Part shown: positions 43,801-54,500 of the stretch, one piece after another
How the letters are laid out: each line of letters begins with the position of its first letter
Numbering within the stretch: position 1 is the stretch's first letter
NCBI GenBank assembly: GCA_026936335.1
Contig: JAPMXV010000019.1
Coordinates: forward strand, 186,001-250,000
Origin: Mantamonas sphyraenae STR306
Taxonomy: Eukaryota > Protista > CRuMs
Direction: 5' to 3'
Length of the DNA stretch: 64,000 bases
Translations under genes and position numbers: made by a program
Notes under the pieces: generated by a model
The model's database searches: none
The model's input: only the letters and a program-made list of their open reading frames with translations
What the model was told of the DNA's origin: nothing

Positions 43801-46800
43801 ACACGAACGGCAACGAAAGGCAGCGACGGCGATCCAGAAAACGTTTCGCGGACACAAAGAACGCAAGGAGATGAGCGAGAAGAGACGAAGGCTGAGGATG
43901 CAGGCGAGAGCGTATCCAGAGGACCGTGTAGATGAGGGCGGTGTAGGGATGCGTGACGAGGAGCTGCTGCAGATGTACGGGCGGGATGTGAACGGGCATC
44001 CAATCGACATGGCAGCAGTGATGGGCGATGAGTTTGAGGATGAGTGGGGAGAAGAGCAGGAGGAGGAAACGTTGGAAGAGGAGCTGTGGACGGTTGAAAA
44101 GGCGATGGAGCTGCTGCGGAAACGGGGTGGGCGTGCGTGGACAGGAGATGAGGGAGGAGAGCAGGCGTCTCAGCTTGTGCGTGAAGACCAGCAAGACGAA
44201 ATGGGAGTGCTGGATCTGTTCTTTCGGAAGCAGGAAGAGTTTCGTGTGGCTGAAGAAGAAGCGGCAATGGCAAGGAAGCGGGAAAAGGCGCAGGAAGAGG
44301 AGGCTGCGGCTGCGGCGGAAGCGGCGGAGGCTGCCAAGAGGGAGAAGGAACTGGAGGTTGTGGATGCAGTGTCAGAGCAGGTGTTGGAGGAGGTGTTTTC
44401 CGGGTACGAGGAGGCAATGAGGGAACGGCTTGAGGAAATGATGGAGGCTCGTATGGAGGCGTTGGAGAAGAGTGATGGCGTGGGCAGCGGGCTGCAGGGG
44501 CCCGTGCCAGGGAAGGAGGAGGGGTTGAAGGTAGAGGAGGTGGAGGCGGAGGATTGGGTGGAGGAGGAGGAGGAGGAGGAGGAGGATGAAGAGTGGGAGG
44601 AAGAGGATGAGGAGTGGGAGGAAGAGGAGGAAGAAGATGAGGAGGAGGACGACGAGCGGCTGTCGCCGCAGTCGATTGCAAGGAAGCTGACGGCGGAGAT
44701 CGACTACCTGTCGGCGATAGACTATGCACACGCGCAGTTGTCGCGTTTGGAGAAGGAGCGTGAGCTGAGCATGGCCGAGAACGAAGTGATGGCAATGGCG
44801 CGGATTATTGAGCAGCAGAAGAACGCAATGGCAGCGAAGGAGCTGCAGGAGATGTTTGCGCAAAGACTGGCGGCTGTGGAGGCGGAGGAGAGGCGAGGGG
44901 AGGAGGAGCAGCACATGCTGGAGGTGCACAGGCAAGTGATGCAGGAGGACCTGATGGTGGAGCAGATTGTGCAGGCGTGCATGGAGAGCGTGGTGCGGGA
45001 GCTCGTGGATGGGGCAGTGGACTCTGGGGCGCAGATTGTGGCTACGCAGGAGCTTGCGCGGGACGAGAGGGTGGCCAAGATGTGCGAGATTGCGGTGCAA
45101 CAGGCGTTGCTGCAGTGCAGTCAGTGGGAGTTGGATGCGCTGGTGAGCAAGGAGACGGAGCGTGCTGTGGGCGCGGCGCGTGTGGAGGACGAGCTGGCGG
45201 AGGAGATGGTGGGAATGGCGGTGGAGAGTGTGAGCGAAACGCTACTGGAGCAGGTGATGGAGGTGCTTGCGGCGGAAGAGGGGCGTGCGCAGGATCGAGA
45301 CACGGAGCTGCGGGAGTGGAAGGAACAGCAAACGGCGCTGATGGTGGCGGACGCAGTGGACCAGGCGATGGAAAGGGTTGTGGCGGCGGAACTTGGGGAA
45401 TTGGTGTCCAAGGAGCGGGAGCGGCGTGTGGAGCGTGTGCGGGAGGAAGAAGAGGCGTGCGATGCAGCTGTGGAGGAGGCAGAGGAGGCACTTGTGAAGT
45501 GGGCATTTGAGGAGGCAGTGGACAAGGCAGTGCGGGAGGAAACAATGGCGGAGATGAGTGTGTCTGTTGCGCTGTGGAGCGTTGTGGAAGCGGAGGTGCA
45601 GGAGATGGTGGGGCAGGTGAGCGGAGAAATGGCTAACGAGAGGCATTTGGTGGACACATGCGTGCAGTTTGTGATGTACACTGTGGTGCAGGAAGTGCTA
45701 GAAGGACAGGTGGACGTGGCAGCAAGCCAGGCGGCCACAGAAACGACGGTTGTGGAGGAGGCGGTGCGGCGTGCGCTGGAAGAGGTGACAAAGGAGCGTG
45801 TGGAGGCGTGGAGCGAGGCGGTCGGGGTGGAAGAGGCGCTTGTGGAGGAGGCTGTGAGACGTGCGGTGGAGGCGGTGGAAGGAAGCGTGGTGGACGGCCT
45901 GGTGGAGAGTGTGCATGCAGAAGCTGCGGCAAGCGCAAAGGAAGCGCTGGCAAAGGTTGCAGATGCGCTGGTGGAGCAACTGTTGGAGGAGGCTGTGGCG
46001 GAAGCAAGCACGGTGGAGATTGTGGGAGAGAGGGCGAGCGCCGAGCTGGAGGTGGAAGCGGTGGAGGAGGCCGTGGCTGCGGTAGCGAAGGAGGAGGGAG
46101 CCGCACGGGAGGTTGTGGAGGAGATGGAGAGGGATGTCGTGGGGGAGGAGGCAGAGTCTGTGGCGAGCAAGGTGGTGGGTGAAGAATGGGCTGCGGCAGA
46201 AGTTGTGGAGGCGGTTGTGGAGGAGGTTGTGGAGGAAATGGCACGTGCAGAGGCAGCAGGCAATGCGGCGGAGGAGAAGGAGGCGCTTGCGGAGGAGGTG
46301 GCCGAGGCGATCCTGGAGGAGCAGATGGACGTGCTTGTGGAAGAGGTGATGCAGACACAGCGAGGGAAGCGCGAACGTGCGGCGAATGAGGACGAGGTGG
46401 TGGACAGGTTGCTGGAGGAGTTGTTGACGGCGGCGGTGGTGGACAGCCTTGCAAGTCGGCGAGCAGCAGAGGAGCGGTGGGCAGGGGAAGAGGCGGCGCG
46501 TGCGCGGAAGCTAGTACGTCCGCCGAGATTGAATCTTGTGGATGTGGGCAAGGAGGACGGGGACGGAGATGAGGACGTGGAGGAAGAGCGGGTTGGAGAT
46601 GAGGCGGGTGGAGTGCAGACGACACCGCGGCCAGAGGCGCTGCAGACGACGCCGCGGCCGTCGCTGCGAGACGAGGCTGTGCCTGCAGGGGAAGCATTCA
46701 AGGTGGAGGCGGAGGCGGAGCTTTCCGGGGCGGAGTCGGAGTCTGCAGAGGGAGGAGCGCCGCCGGCAGCGTTGATGGAGTATGTGAGGGAGCTGTTTGG

Positions 46801-47332
46801 ACACATGGGCCTGTGGGAGGAGGAGGTGGAGTTGCCAATGGCGCAGCTGGACTTTGAGGAGTACCTGAAGATGGAGCGTGCGCGTGCAGAGGTGTCTGAG
46901 GTGTCTGAGGTGGAGCAGATGCGGAACAAGTTGTACTTTGATGCGGTGAACCAGGCGCTGCTGGCAATCGGGAGCGAGGGAGTGAATGCGCCGCTGGGAG
47001 TGGGTGGACGGCGACAGCGGCGGCTGAGTGTACCGTCGCGACTGAGTGCCCAGGGGCTGGCGGCGCTGGTGGGTGAGCGTGTGGCGTCGTGGATGGGCCA
47101 CGGGGCGAGCGGGACGGAACGGCAGGTGCAGGAGTTGGAAGCGCAGTGGGCAGTGGGGGAGGAGGAGGAGGAGGTTGCGCTGGTGTTTGAGATTGCGGAT
47201 TCGCTGTTTGATTCTTTGTTGGGAGACACGGTGCAGAGTTTCAACCGTGTGGAGGCAGTGAAGCAAGGGCGGGAGGCACGTCGTGGAAGTGGAGGGGGTG
47301 CAGGGCGAGTGCGTGAGCGGGGATCGATGTGA
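40813..47332 (+). CDS. CEP350/CAP350-like centriolar protein (5' exons uncertain; frameshifts near 43007 and 43730)
   Basis: IQ motif AATAIQKTFRGH. RLSPQSIARKLTAEIDYLSAID..QLSRLEKER resembles a conserved CEP350 block. C-terminal KLYFDAVN..EIADSLFDSLLGDTV is a DUF4378/TRM-type motif. Confidence 0.7.
42390..42455. repeat. Purine-rich coding repeat (GK)n
   Basis: Runs of GGGAAG/GGGAAA encoding GKGKGK. Confidence 0.85.
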
Positions 47333-47387
47333 TTGGGTGATTGGGTAAGGGGGAATGTACAGGGAGATGAAAGGAGATTGGAATGCA

Positions 47388-48437
47388 ATGTTTGGGCGTG
47401 TGTGTGTGTGTGTGTGTGTGTGTGCGGTGGCGGAGGCACCGGGAAAGGCTCCGATGTCGAAAATCTCGCGGACGGGAAAGAGTGTGCGGTATTGTGCGGA
47501 TCTGGTGAAGAGGTACGACTATGAAAGCTATGTGTGTGCGCTTTTTCTGCCGGCAGAGGCACGGGAGGGGGTCTTTGCGCTACGGGCGCTGAATGTGGAG
47601 GTGGCCAAGATTCGGGACGTGGTTTCGTCGGAAATGACGGGCAAGATGCGGACAGTGTGGTGGCAAAAGGCAGTAGACGATATGTATCGCGGGGGAAAGG
47701 TGCGAACGGATGCGGTGCCGGAGCATCCGGTGGCGCAGACGCTGCATCGAGCGGTGCAGCGCTTCGGGCTGACGAAACGGTGGATCCAGAGGCCAATTGA
47801 GGCGAGGGTAAGTGGAGGCTGGGGGGAAGGGGTGCGAGGGCGAGAGACAACAGGTGTGGGAGGGAGTGGGGGCAGGCGCTGACTCGTAGGAGGACAGCGG
47901 AAGGAATTGGAAGGGCAGGTGGTTCACAGGGTGGAGGATCTGGAGGAGTACGCGGAGCAGACGGCGTCGTCGGTGCTGTATTCGTCGCTGGAGTGCGTGG
48001 GAGACACAAGCATTGGTTCGGATCATGTGGCGTCGCATGTGGGCAAGTGCAACGGGATAGTGACGGCGCTGCGTGGGACGCCGTGGAATGCGCAGCACCG
48101 GCGGACGGTTTTGCCGTCGCAATTGATGGCAAAGCATGGGATGGTTCAAGAGGAGTTGTACGAAGGGTTGGTGACGGACGCGACGTTGGAGGTGGTGTAC
48201 GAATTGGCGTGCGCGGCAAAGGCGCACCTGGAGCACGCGAGGGAGCTGAGCGGGGACATGGGCCAGGTGAGCAAGCGAGTGATGCTATCGGCAGTGTTTG
48301 CACAGAACTACCTGGAGCGATTGGAGCAGGCCAATTTCAACGTGTTTGACTCGCGGATGAACCAGAGGCAGCAGGGGCTGCACTCGTTCTCGCTGTACTG
48401 GGAGGTGTTCCGGGCGGCAAGGGAGCAGACGTTCTGA
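47388..48437 (+). CDS. NDUFAF6: Complex I assembly factor NDUFAF6 (squalene/phytoene synthase fold), 2 exons
   Basis: YCADLVKRYDYESY..ALRALNVEVA..MRTVWW..HPVAQ; LEEYAEQT..HVGK..LRGTP. Intron about 47808-47897; start may be 47388 or 47455. Confidence 0.88.
47398..47424. repeat. (GT)n microsatellite
   Basis: Directly visible; similar runs at about 5849, 15587 and 30435. Confidence 0.9.
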
Positions 48438-48527
48438 GCACATGTTGGTGGGCCAAGGGGTGTGGGAAAGTGGGGAGTGGGGATTGGCGCGCGCGAACGA
48501 ATCCATTGTTTTTTTGAGCTTGAGACG

Positions 48528-51500
48528 ATGACCAGGACAGTGCTTGTGTTGTTGTTTCTTGCCATGCTTGTGTGCTCCTCTGTGTCGGCATTGTCCGATG
48601 GAGGAGAATCCACTACTATACACCAATCGATTGCAGTTGATCCGAGCGTGGATGATGACGTGCTTTTTGCGGACATGCCGTATGCGGTGTCGACGCGTGG
48701 GCTGAACGGACCTGAGGCGTTTGGCAAGGAAGCTGTGGTGCGGGCCGGGAAGGAGGCATCGGCGGGCGACGAATCGCCAAAGCTGATTCTGCGCACATTC
48801 ACCAAGGGACCCGTTGTGGTCCATGAACGGTATGCGAAAGTGGAGCCCGAGTTCCACTCGCACGTGACAGAGGTTGTAGCGCCTGTGAACGAACTTCGTG
48901 CGACAGGCCTGCTGACCACTGCGGGCAAGCACATGTCGCGTGTGATGGAACATGGTCTGCGCAATCTGGACGAGAATGGACGCGGTTCCGTGAACCTGGA
49001 AGATGAAGCAGCGGCGGAATTGCTTCACGGCGAGCGCTCGGACGAAGAGGTGGCAGAACGAGCACAACAGCTGGCTACTCACCGATCGCAGGTGGCAGCG
49101 CTGCGTGCACATGGTCTTTTGTCAGACAAGGAGGAGCTGCCGGAACATGCAGGTGAGATTGTGGCGTTTGTGAAACGTGCCAAAGAGGGAAAGAGGGAAA
49201 ACGTTTCGCGGTCCTTTTTTCGGATGTTCCAGCTCGCATTTTCGACTCACACGGCGAGACGCATGACCTGGGGACATCACACACCACACAGGCGTGCTGC
49301 AGGTGACATGCGCCTTCATGAAGGCGCATGCGCAACTGCAGAAAGGGTCGACCTTTGGCCTGCCGTCAGGCCTCTACCGGTTCTGGAGGTGTCAGGACCG
49401 AACGGCAAGGCATGGGTGCCAAACTCCCAGATCGCTTGCTCGGGCGAGGCTGCGGGCACCTACCGACTGGTGGTGCACCGTGCCGATATGGAGGAGGTGA
49501 TCAAGGAAGGTACGGTACGCATGGAACTGATCGGTGTGGATCCTGAAATCGTTCGTGAATACGACGAGGTCAAGGCGGGCGAGGCCGGACTGGCACCAGG
49601 GAGCGAGGAACTGAACAAGTTCCACGGTCTGAAGCAGTACGCGTACGGAGCAGGCGATGAAGAGGAAGATGAGGAGGGAGGGGAGGAGTTGGAGGACAAG
49701 AACGAGGACAAGTTCGTGGACAAAATTGTGGACGCGGTCAAGTCGGCGTGGGACAAGGCCAAGGAGCTGTGGAACGGCCTTCAGGGCAACGTGGACGCCA
49801 ACAGGAACTTTGGTTACGAACTGAAACTGGCGATGTACAACACAGAGGTGTTGAACGCCAAGGTGAAGAAGGTGGACGTGCTGATGATTGCGGAGGAGGC
49901 CAAGACTCGCGTGCACCCGCGTTTGGTGCTTGCGTTCAAGCTGCGCAACTTCAATCTGAAGCACGCGGAAGTGAAGCTGACAGGCTCGCTGGACGTGTTT
50001 GCGCGCGTGTGGGTGCAGGTGTCGCGTGGCATCGAGCTGAAGAAGGAGGTGCCGCTGTTTGACAAGCTTGTGGCCAAGCCTACATTCATGGTGGGCCCCG
50101 TGCCTGTGGTTGTGTTTGTGCGCGCCAAGGCAGTTGTGGGCGCGGTGATGGGCATCCGTGCGGGCGTGCAGACACGCCTTACGGGATCGCTGGGCATCGC
50201 GTTTACCGGAGGCGTTCACTTCAAGAACGACAAGTGGGGCGTGGACTTTCATTTCAAGATCAAGCCCAACCTGAAGACGCCGGAGAAGGTGCAGCCGTGC
50301 GGAAACCTGGACGTCAAGTTCTACGTGCAGGGCAACGTGAAGTTCCTGCTGTACGACCAAGCAGGACCGCATCTGACGGTGGAACCGTACCTGAAGATGG
50401 TTTTCCAGCCGCAGGGCATGTCGCCGTGTGTGACGCCGGCAGTTTCGGCGCTGCCTGGTCTGCCGAAGCTGGTGCTGTGGGCAAAGCAGTTTGCGGTGGC
50501 GTTTGGTGAGGTGAAGGCAGTGTTGCCGAAGATCAAGACGCCGGAGCTGCGTGCGGAGCTCAAGGCGAGCTTCAAGGGCCTGACGGACATCGGTGTGGAT
50601 CTGCTCAAGTCGCTGAAGGGCATGCCGCTGGATAAGTGGATGGGCAAGCTGAAGGGCCTGCGTGGCAAGTTCCTGGGCAAGTTGAACGGCCTGAAAGGCA
50701 AGTTCAAGCTGGAGGGGCCTGACCTGGACGGGTTCAACCTGGTGCTGCGCATTGCAAAACAGACGTTTGTGTTTGTGGTGCGATTGGGCAACCCGCACCT
50801 GAAGGACCTGGACTTTGAGTGGGGCGTCAAGAAGAAGGAGACGGAGGAGGGCGATCCGGAAGACAAGAACCGGATCACCTTGTACGCAGGCGTGCTGGCA
50901 ACGACCGGCGTAAGTTTGAAGATTGTGGAGTGGCTGCTGATGGAAAAGAACTGGCTGCTGCACTCGGTGGAGAAGGAACTGTTCACCGTGAGCTTCAAGC
51001 TGCCGCTTTTTCACGGAGAAGGAGAAAAAGACGATCCTGGTGAAGCGCCGCAAGTACGAGTACCAGAAAGAGGCGGTCAAGACGCAGATGCGAGCACAGG
51101 CGAACGTGGACGCGACGAAGCGTCTGGTTGCGGCCAAGAAGAAGCGTGCAAAGCAGATTGCGGCTGCGGTTGCCAAGCTGCACGCAGCGGGCATGTCGCT
51201 GGGTAAGCTGGCAAACAGCCGAGTGAAGGGCCACTACCGTAGCCTGATCCAGGCGATGCTGCTTGTGGGCAAGAAGTTTGTGACGTACCTGGCGAACAAG
51301 CTGAAGTATTTTGCGGTGCAAAACACGGACGCCACGCGCACGTTGACCAAGGTGAACTCGCTGTATGCCAAGTACGGCCACCACTTTGACAACGTGCAGG
51401 GTGTGGAAGACGTGGAGGACGTGGACGAGGAGGTGGAAGATGAGGACAACGGCGCGGGCTCGGCTTCCGCCAAGGTGCAAAAGACGCTTGTGCAGATGAT

Positions 51501-54500
51501 GGCTGACCAGAGGCAGATGCTGCCGGCCGTAGATGCAGGGCTCAAGAAGATCCGCAAGAAGATTGCAGGGTACAAGAAGGACATTGCCAACAACTCGGCG
51601 CACCACCGGAAGTACCGCCAGCACTTTGTTGCGTACCACAAGCGCGGTCTGCGGTCGCTCAAGACGTGGACGGCTTTCCGCAAGGCTGTGGCCGAGTCTG
51701 AGAATCCGGGGGACGCGTTTGTGCGCGTTGCGGAGGAGGTGCAGCTGTGGTTTGCAGACTCGCACAACCCGCGTCTGACAAACAGCAGCCACTGGAAGAA
51801 CGTGTATGCCAAGAAGGTGCACGCCCTGAAGCAGATGGCGCGTATCATCAAGATGCTGCGTGTGCCTACGCATGCGTTGAGTGCGAGCAGCCTGGAGCGT
51901 GCGCTGAACCAGCTGCACACGTATGCAGAACGGCTGCGCACGAGCAAGTGGTCTGCGCCGCATGTGAAGCGTGGTGCGTACAAGACGTGGCTGCGTTCGG
52001 CTGTGTCCAAGGCACACAGCATGGCAGCCAAGGCGAAGAAGCAGAAGCAGTCGATGTACTGGAAGCACATGGCGCTTGCGGCACGCGCAGAAGTGCAGGC
52101 TGTGGTTGCGACGTGGATGTACAGGCTGCATTCGCAGGAAGTGAACCCGCTGCGGCGTATGTCGTTGAGCTCGTGGTTCATGCACCACGCGCTGGCCAAG
52201 TACGCCAAGACCGGCGTGGAGGCGTGGAGCCTGCGGGCGAAGTTTTACGCAGCGTACCGGCTGCGGGACATGTCTTCGTACCTGGGCAGGTTCGACGGGT
52301 GGAAGGCGAACGCAAAGATGGTCAAGATGGTTCGAGACTACATGATGCTGGAGATGTTCCAAGGAGGGCGATCGGCAAAGGACCGCTTGGCGTTCTACGA
52401 AGCGCTGGAGCTTGAGTTTGTGGCATGGATGCGTGAACAGGAGGTGATGAACCAGCACTCGAGCGTGAGGGCTCCGGACGCACGCAAGACCAGGCTGGTG
52501 CGTGCGCAGCACAAGTGCATTGCGGCGCAGACGGTTGCGCAGCGGTACACGCCGGGCACCAAGGCTCACCGCGTGGCGGAGGCCAAGTATGGCCAGGCGT
52601 GCATGAAGTGGAAGTTTGAGCAGTATTCTCATCGCAGCTCGCTGAAGAGGATGCTTCACCAGGCGACCCACATTTTCAACAAGCGCGTGGAGTGGGCGGA
52701 GGGCAAGATGAGCCGAAGCGAGTTTTTCCGCCACTACCGCAGCAGCGTGAGCAGCAGGTGCAGCGACCTGATCAACCAGTCGTCGTCGTATTGGAAGAAG
52801 CAGTGCTCGCAGGCTATGGCCTACATTGCCGAGGAGGAGAAGCTGACGTCCAAGTTGCCTACGCTTGCGCGCCATGCGGGCCGCTCTGAGCAGGACAAGA
52901 TGGCGCTGCAGGTGGCCAAGCTGCGCACCAAGGAGCTGTCGTTCCTTGTGGCACAGAAGGCCAACTTTATTTGGCTTCCAGATCACACACAGGGCGCAGC
53001 GTGGTACCACGCCGAGGTGGCTGTTTCCCGCGAGCGCGAGGCGCTGGAGCGCACTGGACGCGCAGTTCACATGTACCGCGTGCAGATGTACGAAGCGACG
53101 GCGCTGTCCAAGCAGACTGCGGTGATGCGCTCGCTGATCAACTTTTCCGGCCCCACGCCGGGCACGCTGAGCGCGATCTCATCTCAGGCGTCCAAGGAGG
53201 CAGCGGCGCTGAAGAAGCGTGCGGAAAAGGCCCGCGATGAAGTGGGCAAGCTTTCGGCAAGCGCACGCGCTGCGATGGCCAAGTGGAAGAGCATGGCGGC
53301 GAAGGAAGAGGCGAAGCGTGCGGCAGCGGCAAAGAAGGGCAAGTGGGCGAGTGCGTCTGTGCACCAGCAGCTGCGCAACCATGCACGCTTCATGGCTGAG
53401 CTGCAAAACAAGATCAAGAACTCGTATGCCTACAAGATGACGCTGTACCAGGCCAGGAAGGCCAAGGCGACGGCGACGTTCAGCACGAGCGAGGCCGAGT
53501 TTAAGCTGCTGAAAGAAGGCAACATGAAGCGGGCGTACCTTTCCGCAGTGATGTATCATGCGCGCGCAAACATGTCGCTGTACTGGACGAAGCTGGAGCT
53601 GCTGAAGCCGCTGAACGCAAAGGCGCGAAGTACTACGAAGGCGAGGTGCGCAAGGCGCAGGCGGTGGTGGCAAAGGGCCTGGACTTCCGCAAGGACGACC
53701 AAGTGAAGGACCACCAGAAGAAACTTGCGGTGGCTGCGGGCAAGCTGGAGCACTACGAGGGCATTGCCAAGTTGTCGAAGCACAACACGGCTTTGGCCAA
53801 GCGTTGGCTGTACACCAAGGCGGCAGAGACGGCGTGGGTTGCCTTTTTCAAGGCAACGTGGCGCTCGGACTTGTCTGCACGTGCGCAGTTCAACGAGTGG
53901 AAGGCCAAGGCATGGCACGCGCGAGCAAACGCAGAAACGGGCAGCAAGGCGGAAAAGGCGAAACTGGCAAAGTTCTACCGCCTGCGCGTGCGCTACATGG
54001 AGATGATGGCGTCGAGCTACTACAACTACATGGCGTTCTATGAGAGCAACGGGATGGACAAGGCCAAGCGTGTTGTGTACCTTGCACAGGGCAAGCAGGC
54101 AGCGAAGCTGCGCGACGCCATGCACAACGCCGACCCGTACTATGACTTGGCGTGCGTCAAGAGCAACCGCAAGGCTGGGAGCAAGAAATACGACGAGTTT
54201 CGCGCAATGGAAAAGAAGCACGGGTGCTACCGGGGCAAGGAGACGCACGGATGTTTGTACGCGCAGTCGATCCGTTTGCAGGCGGACGCGCACTACGCGC
54301 GTGCGTCGTACTGCAGGAACAAGCGCCACGTGTGGGAAAAGCATTTCGAGTCGAGCTACCAGGAGCAGTCGCAGGCGATGCGCTACCGGGCGGACATTGC
54401 GCAGCGCCGCAGCAGCGGCAAACTGACGCCGAAGAAGCACACGGAGCTGCGTCTGTTTGTGCACGGGTTCATGCTGATGAGCAAGTGCTACCGCATGTCG

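Noticed and set aside
39260-48303. Very long antisense or alternative-frame ORFs (e.g. the upstream part of 39260-43000, 45121-48303, 53556-57038, 59726-62662)
   Set aside because: Shadow ORFs of GC-rich, codon-biased genes on the other strand; low-complexity translations with no motifs
15698-48437. Functional cluster of mitochondrial genes (SARS2, MRPS9, CS, GUF1, NDUFAF6)
   Set aside because: Interspersed with unrelated genes; 5 of about 25 is not clearly above chance without genome-wide statistics
32120-53630. Programmed ribosomal frameshifting (Euplotes-type) as the cause of the frame breaks
   Set aside because: No shared slippery or AAA-stop motif; both gains and losses occur, mostly in homopolymers, which fits assembly error
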